Origin: an uncultured Actinomycetes bacterium
GTDB taxonomy: Bacteria; Actinomycetota; Acidimicrobiia; IMCC26256; DASPTH01
Direction: 5' to 3'
Length of the DNA stretch: 64,000 nucleotides
Assembly (NCBI GenBank): GCA_963720785.1
Contig: CAVRGQ010000008.1
Span: forward strand, 834,651 to 898,650
The translations under genes and the position numbers were made by a program. Positions within the stretch are counted from its first letter, which is position 1. The number at the start of each line of letters is the position of its first letter. A model generated the notes under the pieces. The model saw nothing but the letters and a program-made list of their open reading frames with translations, did no database searches and was not told the DNA's origin. Of this stretch, positions 47,064 through 56,154 are shown piece by piece.

Positions 47064-48296
47064 TCAGGCGATGGTCTGGCCCAGGCCCTTCTTCAGCGCA
47101 CTGTTGGGCTCGGCCGGCATCTCCGCCTGGGTGAGCGGCCGGGCGATCTCCTCGACCGTCGGTCCGTACTTCTCGGCCAGCGGCGCGAGCTTGTCGAGAT
47201 CGAAGCCGTAGAGCTTCGCCGGGTTCTCGGACAGGATCTTGCGCAGCGTGTCGGGCGCGACGTCGTGGAAGATCTGGCGGAGGTGCAGCGTGGTGTAGGG
47301 ACCGGTGCCCTCGTCGTGCGGGTAGTCGCTGCCCCACATGAAGCGGTCCTCGTCGAACAGCGTGCGCACCGCGGCGTCGGCCGGGCCGGGCTGGCTCACA
47401 CCCATGTACACGTTCTGGCGGAAGTACTCGGTGGCCGACTTCTCGATCGCGTCCTCGGCGCGGTACTTCAGCTCGCCGATCTCACCCTTGCGGACGTTCG
47501 CGATGACCGCGTCGAGCTGCTCGAGCAGCGGCGGCACCCACGACGACCCGGTCTCGGTGATGACGAACTTGAGCTTCGGGAAGCGCTCGAAGATGCCCGA
47601 GAGGATGAACTGCACCAGCGGACGCTGCGAGTAGAAGCCGACCTCGCTGATCATCAGCAGCGGCGAGACGGCGTACTTGCCGTAGTTCGGTGAGCCCGTG
47701 CCGCCGTGCGCGTTGAGCGGCATCTCGAGGTCTTCGATGACCTCCCACAGGCGGTCGTACTGCGGGTCGTAGAGCGGCTTGACCCACTTCACGTCGGGCG
47801 CGATGTTCGGCAGGAGCACGCCGCCGCGCAGGCCGTTCTCCTTGATCCACTTGACGTCCTCGATCGCGTCGTCGACATCGTTGAGGAAGATCTGGCCGAT
47901 GCCGGCGCGGCGCTCCGGGTAGCGGTCCTGGAAGTCCTTCATCCAACGGTTGTGCGCGCGGATACCCGCGAGGCGGCGGTCGTAGTCCTCGGCGGTGGCG
48001 GGCGGCGCGAACAGCACGAAGCTCGGGAAGAACGGCGGGACCGTGTTCGGGAAGATCACCTCGGCGACGACGCCGTCGGCCTCCTGCTGCTCGTTGCGCA
48101 GGTCGTCGTCCCAGTTGCGCGTGCGCAGGCTGGTGTCGCGGAGGTCCTTCCACGGGTTCTTGTACTCACCGCGCCAGGCATCGAACTCGTCGCGCCAGGC
48201 CGGGTCGAGGTACTCGCGGTAGGTCTCGTGGTTGGCGCCGGCATGGGTGTCGGCCGAGATGATGGTGTAGTGGTCCGAGGCCGGGTTCGTTGCCAT
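47064..48296 (-). CDS. Amidohydrolase family protein (amidohydrolase_2)
   Basis: 'IISADTHAG', 'DGVVAEVIFPN', 'AHNRW', 'GIFERFPKLKFVITE', 'MWGSDYPHDEGT'. Confidence 0.92.
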   Translation of the reverse strand: MATNPASDHYTIISADTHAGANHETYREYLDPAWRDEFDAWRGEYKNPWKDLRDTSLRTRNWDDDLRNEQQEADGVVAEVIFPNTVPPFFPSFVLFAPPATAEDYDRRLAGIRAHNRWMKDFQDRYPERRAGIGQIFLNDVDDAIEDVKWIKENGLRGGVLLPNIAPDVKWVKPLYDPQYDRLWEVIEDLEMPLNAHGGTGSPNYGKYAVSPLLMISEVGFYSQRPLVQFILSGIFERFPKLKFVITETGSSWVPPLLEQLDAVIANVRKGEIGELKYRAEDAIEKSATEYFRQNVYMGVSQPGPADAAVRTLFDEDRFMWGSDYPHDEGTGPYTTLHLRQIFHDVAPDTLRKILSENPAKLYGFDLDKLAPLAEKYGPTVEEIARPLTQAEMPAEPNSALKKGLGQTIA

Positions 48297-48396
48297 GGGG
48301 TGTGCGCTCCTGAGTGGACTGCCGAGGCGTGGGGGTACCCCCCTTTCTACCCGATGACCGGTCGGCTCAGCCCGGGCCCACAGCCCCGGGGGCCGG

Positions 48397-48817
48397 CTAC
48401 CCGGAGGTGATCTCGCGACGGCAGAGCTTCCAGCCGTCGGGGGTGCGCACGAAGGTGTCGTCGTACTGCCCGACGCTCGCGAGCTTCGGGGCGAGCAGCG
48501 TGTCGGCGTAGTAGGTGAAGTAGGAGCGGGCGGTGGCCCGGTCGACGGACTCGACGGTGACCGCGATCGTCTGCACCATGTGGCGGGAGTACGAGCCGGG
48601 GCCCTGGAGGCCGGCGCCGCGGCGCTCCTCCACCCCGGCGCGGATCTCGGCGTGCCCGGTCCGCACCGATCCCGCGACGCCGAGGCTCGGGTTGTCGGGC
48701 ATCACCCACTCGGCGTCGGGGGTGAAGTTGTCGAGGTACTCCTCGATGGTGCCGGTGTCGGCAGTCTGCCGCGATGCGGGCGAGGACGTTGCGCACTTCG
48801 AACTGGGCGTCACTCAT
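48397..48817 (-). CDS. NTF2-like / SnoaL_4 family protein, one indel (~48770)
   Basis: 'EVRNVLARIA' | 'AD.G.IEEY...FTPDAEW...GHAEIR...RH...ATARSYF...GQYDD.FVRT.DGWK...R'. Confidence 0.82.
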
Positions 48818-48818
48818 G

Positions 48819-49106
48819 TCAGTGCTCCGGCATCACGAAGTCGGGGTGTTCGCGCGGGTCGTCGATCGCCACCGCGTCGATGTCCGCACCGCCACGCTGC
48901 AGGATGTCGAGCGTGATCTGCTCGAGGATCTCGCGGGGCATGATGCACTCGACGCAGTTCGAGTTCTCCACCACGAGCTGCAGGTTGGCGGTACCGCCGT
49001 CGACCGACGTGAGCAGCATGTCGCCGCCGTCGGCCGCGACGAGCTCTCGCACCTCGTCGATCGCGGCGAGGAGCACGCCACCGTCTGGGCTGCTGGCGTC
49101 GGTCAT
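48819..49106 (-). CDS. Stand-alone NifU-like domain protein
   Basis: 'AIDEVRELVAADGGD', CxxC 'CVEC', 'IDDPR'; ATGA overlap with the TetR stop. Confidence 0.72.
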   Translation of the reverse strand: MTDASSPDGGVLLAAIDEVRELVAADGGDMLLTSVDGGTANLQLVVENSNCVECIMPREILEQITLDILQRGGADIDAVAIDDPREHPDFVMPEH

Positions 49107-49705
49107 TCGGGATCCCTTCCCTCGACGGGGAGCACGAGCAGCGTGGTGCGCCGCAGCGCGTCGGCGCCCTGCGCGGCGGTCGCGCCGCCGTTGGACCACT
49201 GCAACATGATGCTGTTCATCACGTGGCCGAGCGTCTCGATCACGACTGCGCGGTGCGGCACGACGTCGTCGCCGATCGCGTGGTCGATCACGTCGCCGTA
49301 GATCGCGCTCACCGCGATCCGGCTCACCTCCACCGACGGCTCGGGTGAGTAGAGCGAGCGCATCACCGTGCGGGCCAGCTCGTGGTTCCGGTCCATCGAC
49401 GCGGTGAAGCGGCTGAGCACGTCGATCACCCGATCGGCCGCGGTGGCGCCCCGCGCGGGGCGCCGGTCGAGGTCGGCGCGGAAGCGCTGGATCCACGCCA
49501 CGTGCGCCTGCGCGATGAGGTCGTCCTTCGACGAGCAGAACTGGTAGATGGTGGCGAGCGACATCCGCGTGGTCGCCGCGAGGTCGCGCATCTGCACGGA
49601 CTCGTAACCCCGCTGCGACGCCTCGCGCGTGGCCTCGAGGAGGCGCTGGTAGCGCGGGTCGTCGGCGGTGGGACCGACGGGGGCGGAGGTCGTCTGGGCG
49701 GCCAT
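49103..49705 (-). CDS. TetR family regulator, KstR-like
   Basis: HTH 'GYESVQMRDLA.....SLATIY...SSKD.L' and C-terminal 'DRVIDVL...P/ELAR..MR' resemble KstR. Confidence 0.85.
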   Translation of the reverse strand: MAAQTTSAPVGPTADDPRYQRLLEATREASQRGYESVQMRDLAATTRMSLATIYQFCSSKDDLIAQAHVAWIQRFRADLDRRPARGATAADRVIDVLSRFTASMDRNHELARTVMRSLYSPEPSVEVSRIAVSAIYGDVIDHAIGDDVVPHRAVVIETLGHVMNSIMLQWSNGGATAAQGADALRRTTLLVLPVEGRDPE

Positions 49706-49749
49706 CAGGTGCGCGAGGCTAACCGGAACCCGAGCACAGGAGCACACGG

Positions 49750-50568
49750 ATGGACCCCGTCGTCGTCACCCGCCCCCGCCCCGGCATCGCCCTCGTCGAG
49801 ATGGACGATGCCGAGCGCTACAACGCCCTCAGCACCCCGATGGTCCGAGGACTCCACGCCGCGCTCACGGAGCTGCGGTCCGACCGCGACGTGCGTGCGA
49901 TCGTGCTCGCCGGACGCGGCCGCGGCTTCTGCGGCGGCGCCAACATGGGCGGCGGCGAGGAGGCGCCTCCGCTGTCGGTCGACCGCGGCCCGGTGGGGTT
50001 CATCCACTTCATGCAGGAGCACCTCGCCGAGCTCATGCTGCGCATCCACGAGCAGCCGCAGCCGGTGATCGCCGCGGTGCACGGCGCCGCGGTCGGTGGC
50101 GGGCTCGCGCTCGCGCTCGCGTCCGACCTGCGCGTCGCCAGCCCGGACGCCTTCTTCGCGTCGCACTTCATCCGCGTCGGCCTGTCGTCGTGCGACGTGG
50201 GCACGAGCTACTTCCTCCCCCGCATCGTCGGCCCCACGATCGCGGGCGAGCTGATGCTCACCGGCCGGCGCTTCTCCGCCGACGAGGCACGCGGCTACGG
50301 CATGGTCAACCGGGTCGTCGCCGCCGAGGACGGGCACGACGGTCTCCTCGCCGCGGCCTACGACCTCGCCGACGCGATCATCGAGAACTCCGAGTACGGC
50401 GTGTACATGACCAAGATCGGGATGTGGGCGAACGTCGACGCGCCGAGCCTGCGTCACGCCATCGAGCTCGAGAACCGCACGCAGGTGCTCGGTTGCTTCA
50501 CCGGCAACATGACCGAGGCCGGCGAGGCCTTCCGCGAGAAGCGCGCACCGTCCTGGAAGCCCTTCTGA
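49750..50568 (+). CDS. Enoyl-CoA hydratase/isomerase family protein
   Basis: 'RYNALS', 'GRGFCGG', 'QPVIAAVHGAAVGGGLALALASDLR', 'GLSSCDVGTSY.LPR', 'AFREKR.P'. Confidence 0.92.
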   Translation: MDPVVVTRPRPGIALVEMDDAERYNALSTPMVRGLHAALTELRSDRDVRAIVLAGRGRGFCGGANMGGGEEAPPLSVDRGPVGFIHFMQEHLAELMLRIHEQPQPVIAAVHGAAVGGGLALALASDLRVASPDAFFASHFIRVGLSSCDVGTSYFLPRIVGPTIAGELMLTGRRFSADEARGYGMVNRVVAAEDGHDGLLAAAYDLADAIIENSEYGVYMTKIGMWANVDAPSLRHAIELENRTQVLGCFTGNMTEAGEAFREKRAPSWKPF

Positions 50569-50591
50569 CCCAACCTCCCACCAAGTCGCGG

Positions 50592-50642
50592 CGAACCGGC
50601 GTCAATCGGAGCCCATAGTGGGCAGGAATTGACGCCGGTTCG
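50592..50642. repeat. 51-bp nested palindrome (REP/MITE-like), copy 3
   Basis: CGAACCGGCGTCAAT...ATTGACGCCGGTTCG with inner GCCCA-TAG-TGGGC; between convergent genes. Confidence 0.9.
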
Positions 50643-50661
50643 GTGAAGGTCGGGGCGGAGG

Positions 50662-51885
50662 TCAGCTGGTGATGCCGAAGCGGTGGAGGCCGTAGGCCGT
50701 GATCGCGTTGGTGCGCAGCACCTTGGTGCACTCCTCGGCGTTCATGCCGGCGGCCGCGAAGAGTTCACGAGCGATCTTGCGCGAGTGCGGGAACGTGCCG
50801 TCGGAGTGCGGGTAGTCGGTCTCGAACAGGATGCTGTCGACGCCGACGTCCTCACGCCACTTGAGGCCGACGAGGTCGTCGAACACGCAGCCGTACACGC
50901 GGCCCTTCACCTGCTCGCTCGGAGCGATTCCGCCCTCGACGCCGGCGCGCCCGTCCTTCCACACCTCGTCCATCCGCTCGAGCTGGAACGGCATCCAGCC
51001 GACCTGGCTCTCGGCGTAGGCGATGGTGAGGTCGGGGAACCGCTGCAGCGTGCCCGAGAACACCCAGTCGCACAATGAGCCCTGCGCGTTCTGCGCGTAG
51101 AGCGACATCGACGTGGCCAACGGCGCGTCGGCGGACGTGGTCGGCATGCTCGACGACGAGCCGATGTGCATCGACACGCTCGTGTCGGTCTCCACGCACG
51201 CCTCGAACAGGACGTCCCACTCGCCGCTGTACATCGTGGAGAAGCCGAGCTTCGCGGGGTTCTCGCTGAACGCGATCGCGTAGCTGCCCTTGGCCGCGCA
51301 GCGCCGCACCTCTTCGGCCGCGAGCTGCGGGTCCCACAGCGGGACGAGCGTGAGCGGGATCAGGCGACCCTTGCCCGCGCCCGCACACCACTCGTCGATC
51401 ATCCAGTCGTTGTAGATGCGCAGGCACTGGAGCGCGAGGTCCTTGTCGTCGCGCTCGGCGAAGCCCTGCCCCGCGAAGCGCGGGAAGATGTTGGGGTAGT
51501 TGATCGCCGCGTCGACGTGGTTGACGTCCATGTCGGCGAGGCGCTCGGCCTGGTCGTAGGTGCCGGGACGGAAGTCCTCGTAGACGGCCGCGACGTTGCG
51601 CTGCTCGGAGCGCGGGATGCCGGCCGGCGCATGCAACAGGCCGGTGGGCACCACGAGGTCCTCGTAGAGCCAGATGTCGCACCACTGGCCGTCCTCGGCG
51701 CCGCGCTCGAAGCCGTAGTGGCCCCCGACGAACGCCAACTTGACCTTCTCGCGCACCACCCGCGGACCCACGTCACGCAGGGAGGCCGGCAGCTCGCGCT
51801 GCCACAGGTCCTTGGGCTCCATCACGTGGTCGTCGACGGAGATCATGTTGGGGAGTTCGTGCTCCTGCGGCGTGACGTCGGCCAT
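50662..51885 (-). CDS. Amidohydrolase family protein (amidohydrolase_2)
   Basis: 'ISVDDHVMEP', 'YNDWMIDEWC', 'MHIGSSS', 'AESQVGW', 'FETDYPHSDGT'; paralog of 5501..6721. Confidence 0.92.
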   Translation of the reverse strand: MADVTPQEHELPNMISVDDHVMEPKDLWQRELPASLRDVGPRVVREKVKLAFVGGHYGFERGAEDGQWCDIWLYEDLVVPTGLLHAPAGIPRSEQRNVAAVYEDFRPGTYDQAERLADMDVNHVDAAINYPNIFPRFAGQGFAERDDKDLALQCLRIYNDWMIDEWCAGAGKGRLIPLTLVPLWDPQLAAEEVRRCAAKGSYAIAFSENPAKLGFSTMYSGEWDVLFEACVETDTSVSMHIGSSSSMPTTSADAPLATSMSLYAQNAQGSLCDWVFSGTLQRFPDLTIAYAESQVGWMPFQLERMDEVWKDGRAGVEGGIAPSEQVKGRVYGCVFDDLVGLKWREDVGVDSILFETDYPHSDGTFPHSRKIARELFAAAGMNAEECTKVLRTNAITAYGLHRFGITS

Positions 51886-51917
51886 CTCGGCTCCTCTGGC
51901 GTGGGCGTTCGAGCGAT

Positions 51918-51931
51918 AGAAACAGGTTTCT
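51918..51931. promoter_or_regulatory. KstR-like palindrome AGAAAC-AG-GTTTCT
   Basis: 14-bp dyad with AACnnGTT core, about 30 nt upstream of the amidohydrolase ATG. Confidence 0.55.
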
Positions 51932-51970
51932 CGGGACCCGCGACAGGGCCGGAGGTCCCACCCGGTGGAA

Positions 51971-52765
51971 TTACGTGATCCGGTAGACGGGGGGCCGCTC
52001 CTCGGCCCGGGCGGCCTTGAACTCGGCGAAGTCCTCCGAGGTGTACACCAGCATCTGTGCCATGAGCTCGGCGTGCAACGACGCGGTGACCGTGGGCGTG
52101 GCGAGCTCGAGGAGGTTCTGGCGCCAGGCCCGCACCGAGAGGGGCGGCAGCGAGGCGATGGTGGTCGCCATCTGCATGGCGGTGTCGTCGAGGGCATCCC
52201 GCTCGACGACCCGGGACACGATCCCGTGGCGCAGCGCCTCCTCCGCGTCGAGCACCCGGCAGGTGAGCACGAGGTCGCTCACCAGACCGTGGCCGCACAT
52301 CTGGAAGAGGCGGGCCGTCCCCCCGGAATCGGGGATGAGCCCGTGGGCGAGTTCGGGCAGGCGGAACTTGGCGTCGTCGGCGGCGACCCGCAGGTCACAC
52401 AGGAGGGTGCGTTCCCACATGCCGCCGATGCACCAGCCCTGGATCGCGCACACCACCGGCACCTTCGGCGGCAGCAGGTGCCGCTCGGTCATACCGTGGC
52501 CGTGCTCGATGTAGTGGTAGTCGCTCGCACCCGGCGGCCGGTTGCCCAGCTCCGACACGTCGCGGCCCGACGAGAAGGCCCGGCCCTCGGCCCGCCACAC
52601 CACCGCGTACACGTCGCGCCGCTCGCCGATCTCGGCCCACGCCTCCCAGAGCGCGTCCTCCATGGCATCGTTCATCGCGTTCAGGCGGTCGGGCCGGTCG
52701 AGCGTGAGCACGGCGACGTGCCCCTCGTAGTCGACGCGCACCGTTCCTGACTCTGGCCCTGACAC
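51971..52765 (-). CDS. Enoyl-CoA hydratase/isomerase family protein
   Basis: 'VAVLTLDRPDRLNAMN', 'GRAFSSGRD', 'PVVCAIQG.CIGG..E..L.CDLR', 'F.LPE..HGLIPD.GG'. Confidence 0.9.
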   Translation of the reverse strand: MSGPESGTVRVDYEGHVAVLTLDRPDRLNAMNDAMEDALWEAWAEIGERRDVYAVVWRAEGRAFSSGRDVSELGNRPPGASDYHYIEHGHGMTERHLLPPKVPVVCAIQGWCIGGMWERTLLCDLRVAADDAKFRLPELAHGLIPDSGGTARLFQMCGHGLVSDLVLTCRVLDAEEALRHGIVSRVVERDALDDTAMQMATTIASLPPLSVRAWRQNLLELATPTVTASLHAELMAQMLVYTSEDFAEFKAARAEERPPVYRIT

Positions 52766-52803
52766 CGTGGTCCCCCCTCGATCGGCGCTCGTCACCCGAG
52801 CCT

Positions 52804-52817
52804 TGAAACATGTTACG
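52804..52817. promoter_or_regulatory. KstR-like site TGAAAC-AT-GTTACG
   Basis: Fits TnnAACnnGTTnnA except the last base; about 40 nt upstream of the hydratase GTG. Confidence 0.5.
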
Positions 52818-52864
52818 CACCCTGGGCAAGCGCCACGCCGAAGCGCAGCACCTGGGTTCGGGGC

Positions 52865-52891
52865 TTGAGCCGGCCGCGGGCGTGCCGATAA
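52865..52891 (+). promoter_or_regulatory. Putative sigma28 (FliA/WhiG-type) promoter TTGA-N15-GCCGATAA
   Basis: Perfect GCCGATAA -10 at 52884-52891; partial -35 at canonical spacing; immediately before the RBS and ATG 52900. Confidence 0.55.
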
Positions 52892-52899
52892 CGAGGGGC

Positions 52900-55800
52900 A
52901 TGTATACAGGGGCACCACCGCGGACTCCGTCCAGGCCCGACGACGCCGTGCTCGACGTCCTCGGCGACGGGCTCGTCATCTGGGATGCGGACGGCATGCT
53001 GGTGAGCTGCAACCGTCGTACCGAGGAGATCCTCGGGATCCCGGCCGAAGTGCTCGCGCGGCGGACGTTCCACGACCTGATGGACGCGGCCATCGGCACG
53101 CTCGAGCCCGTGACCGAGAACGGCACACCACTCGGCGCCGACGATCTGCCCGCCAGCATCGCCCGCCGTGACGGCGTCCCCGTCACCGGGCAGGTGCTCG
53201 GCGTCCGTCGGGCGGACGGCACCCGGCTCTGGCTCGAGGTCGACGTCGCGCCCATGCACACCGCCGAGGGCGTGACCCAGCTCGTGACCGCCTTCCGCGA
53301 CGTCACGGCTCGGCGCACCGCACGCACACGGGAGCGGTTCCACGAGCGCCTCCTCGGAGCGATCGGCCAACCGGTCACCGTCGTGGACGACGCTCGGAAC
53401 ATCACCTACTGGAACGACGCCGCGGCCCGGTTCTTCGGATGGACCGCGGAGGAGGTGCTGGGCCGCCCGGTGTACGACGTGATCCGGTCCGACGGCGGCG
53501 GCGCCACCACACTCGACCGCGATCGCGACCGACTGCTCGCCGACGAGACGGTCGTCCACGAGGTCACGGTACGACACCGTTCCGGGAAGCCACTCCACGT
53601 CGTCGTCACTCGCACGCCCGTCTTCGACGACCACGGCAGCCTGCTGGGCGTCATCGCCGTCATCGCGGACATCACCGAGCGCGCCGCCGCCGAGGCCTAC
53701 CGTCGTTCGCTGTCGGCGATCGTCGAGTCGTCGATCGACACGATCGCGAGCGTGCGACTCGACGGGACGATCTCCTCATGGAACGCCGGCGCAGTGGCGA
53801 TGTTCGGCTTCACCGCCGAGCAGGTGCTCGGCCGGAGCGTCTTCGAGCAGACAGTGCCCCATGACCGAAAGTCGGAGAGCGACGGCATCATCGACCGCGT
53901 ACGCAGGGGGATGCCCGTCGAGAACCTGGAGGTCGAGTGCATCCGCAAGGACGGGACGCGCATCCACGTCGCGCTCACCGCGTCCCCGTTGGTGGACGAG
54001 CACGGGGACGTCTCGTCGATCTCCGTGATCGCCCGCGATGTGACCGAGCTCGTGGCCGCCCGCCGGGCGGTCCAGGGATCGGAGGCGCGGTTCCGCGCGC
54101 TCGTACAGCGATCATCGGACATCGCCTTCATCTCCGACCACGACGGCACTGTCCGCTATGCGAGCCCCGCCGTCGAGCGACTCGGCTACGTGCCGGCCGA
54201 CCTCGAGGGGACCAACGGGAGCCTCCTCGTGCACCCCGACGACCGCGAGCGTCTGTCCAGCGCGCTCCGTGGTGCCCTCGAACGCGGCGAGACGGGATGG
54301 TGCGAGGGCCGCGTCCGGACGAGGGACGGGGATTGGCGCTGGATGGAACACACGACCTTCGACCTCACCGACGAGCCCGCGGTCGGCGGCGTCGTGGCGA
54401 ACCTGCGCGACATCACCGACCGGCGCCTCGCCGAGGAGCAGCGCAGGGAGGCGGAGCGGCGCTACGTCGACGGCTTCGAGAAGTCGGCCTTCGGCCTCGC
54501 CGTGCTCGACCTCGACCTCGGGTGCACCTCGGTGAACCCTGCGCTCGCGGGACTTCTCGGTCACGACCGGGCCGCGCTCGCCGGCAAGAAGATGGACGAA
54601 TGTCTTCCCGCCGACGAGGCGCCCGGCATCCGTCGGGCGGTGCAGCACCTCCTCGGGCCGGGTGGTCCGCCGTTCTACCGGGGTGAGCACCAGCTGCGCC
54701 GGGCCGACGGCACCGACGTCTGGGTGACGCTCGACATGACCCTCGTGCGCGACGCCGCCGAACGGCCCGCCTCGCTGTTCGTGCAGGTCGCCGACATGAC
54801 CGACCGCAGACGGGCCGAGGAAGCGCTCGCCCACCAGGCGCTCCACGACACCCTCACCGACCTGCCCAACCGACTGCTGCTCGTCGACCGGCTCAGTCAG
54901 TCGCTTGCGCGAGCGGAGCGGACCGACAGCGAGGTCGCGGTGCTCTTCCTCGACCTCGACCGGTTCAAGCTGGTGAACGACTCGTTGGGCCACGAGGTCG
55001 GCGACCTCCTGCTCGTCGAGGTCGCCGAGCGGCTCGCCCGCACGATGCGCGCCTCCGACACCGTGGCGCGCTTCGGCGGCGACGAGTTCGTGCTGGTGTG
55101 CGAGGAGGTGGGCGGCCCCGACGACGCGCGGGAACTCGCCGAACGTGCCATCGCCGCGCTGAGCGACCCGATCTACGTGTCGGGACGCGAGCTGTACGCA
55201 ACGGCGAGTGTCGGCGTCGCCGTCGGCGACTCCCAGTCGTCGGCCGAGCAGTTGCTGCGCGACGCCGACGCCGCGATGTACCGGGCGAAGGATCTCGGCC
55301 GGGCGCGCGTGGAGGTCTTCAGCCAGGCCCTGCGTCAGCGGGTCGCGTCACGCCTCGACCTCGAGACCGCGTTGCGCCAGGCAGTCGACCGCGACGAGCT
55401 GCGCATCCTGTTCCAGCCCGTGCTGCGACTCTCCGACGGCGAGATCGTGGGCGCCGAGGCGCTCCTGCGCTGGGAGCGGCCGGGCCACGGCCTCGTCTCG
55501 CCCGGCGAGTTCATCCCCGTCGCCGAGGACACCGGCCTCATCGTGCCGATCGGTGAGTGGGCGCTCGCGCACGCACTGGAGGCGCTCGACCAGCTCACCG
55601 GCGGCCGGCGGCTCGACCCGAAGCTGCCCCTCCTCGCGGTGAACCTCTCGGCGCTGCAGCTGCGCCTCCCCACGAGCATCGCCATGGTGCGTGACGTGCT
55701 CGCCGGTTCCCACGTCGCTCCGGGGATGCTGTCGTTGGAGATCACCGAGAGCGCGCTCATGGACGACATCGAGACCTCGGTGCACGCGCTCGACGCGATG

Positions 55801-56154
55801 CGCGACCTCGGCGTGCACCTGGCGATCGACGACTTCGGCACCGGCTACTCGTCGCTCACGTACCTCAAGCGCCTGCCCATCGACGCCCTCAAGATCGACC
55901 GCACGTTCGTCGACGGGCTGCCCGACGAGCCCCACGACCGCTTCATCACCGAGGCGATCGTCACGTTGGGGCGGTCGTTGCACCTCACCCTCGTCGCCGA
56001 GGGTGTGGAGACCGTCGCCCAGTGGGACATCCTCGACGAGCTCGGGTGCGAGTTGGGTCAGGGCTTCCTGTGGAGCGAACCGGTCGCGGCCGAGGACTTC
56101 GCCGCGCTGCGCGCCACCGACTTCGCGGCGCGGCGCACCACCCACGACTCCTGA
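52900..56154 (+). CDS. Multi-PAS GGDEF-EAL diguanylate cyclase/phosphodiesterase
   Basis: About five PAS/PAC repeats (ending DVT/DIT/DMT), 'HDTLTDLPNR', 'DLDRFKLVNDSLGH', 'RFGGDEF', 'EALLRW', 'EITE', 'DDFGTGYSSL', 'QGFL'. Confidence 0.95.
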   Translation: MYTGAPPRTPSRPDDAVLDVLGDGLVIWDADGMLVSCNRRTEEILGIPAEVLARRTFHDLMDAAIGTLEPVTENGTPLGADDLPASIARRDGVPVTGQVLGVRRADGTRLWLEVDVAPMHTAEGVTQLVTAFRDVTARRTARTRERFHERLLGAIGQPVTVVDDARNITYWNDAAARFFGWTAEEVLGRPVYDVIRSDGGGATTLDRDRDRLLADETVVHEVTVRHRSGKPLHVVVTRTPVFDDHGSLLGVIAVIADITERAAAEAYRRSLSAIVESSIDTIASVRLDGTISSWNAGAVAMFGFTAEQVLGRSVFEQTVPHDRKSESDGIIDRVRRGMPVENLEVECIRKDGTRIHVALTASPLVDEHGDVSSISVIARDVTELVAARRAVQGSEARFRALVQRSSDIAFISDHDGTVRYASPAVERLGYVPADLEGTNGSLLVHPDDRERLSSALRGALERGETGWCEGRVRTRDGDWRWMEHTTFDLTDEPAVGGVVANLRDITDRRLAEEQRREAERRYVDGFEKSAFGLAVLDLDLGCTSVNPALAGLLGHDRAALAGKKMDECLPADEAPGIRRAVQHLLGPGGPPFYRGEHQLRRADGTDVWVTLDMTLVRDAAERPASLFVQVADMTDRRRAEEALAHQALHDTLTDLPNRLLLVDRLSQSLARAERTDSEVAVLFLDLDRFKLVNDSLGHEVGDLLLVEVAERLARTMRASDTVARFGGDEFVLVCEEVGGPDDARELAERAIAALSDPIYVSGRELYATASVGVAVGDSQSSAEQLLRDADAAMYRAKDLGRARVEVFSQALRQRVASRLDLETALRQAVDRDELRILFQPVLRLSDGEIVGAEALLRWERPGHGLVSPGEFIPVAEDTGLIVPIGEWALAHALEALDQLTGGRRLDPKLPLLAVNLSALQLRLPTSIAMVRDVLAGSHVAPGMLSLEITESALMDDIETSVHALDAMRDLGVHLAIDDFGTGYSSLTYLKRLPIDALKIDRTFVDGLPDEPHDRFITEAIVTLGRSLHLTLVAEGVETVAQWDILDELGCELGQGFLWSEPVAAEDFAALRATDFAARRTTHDS

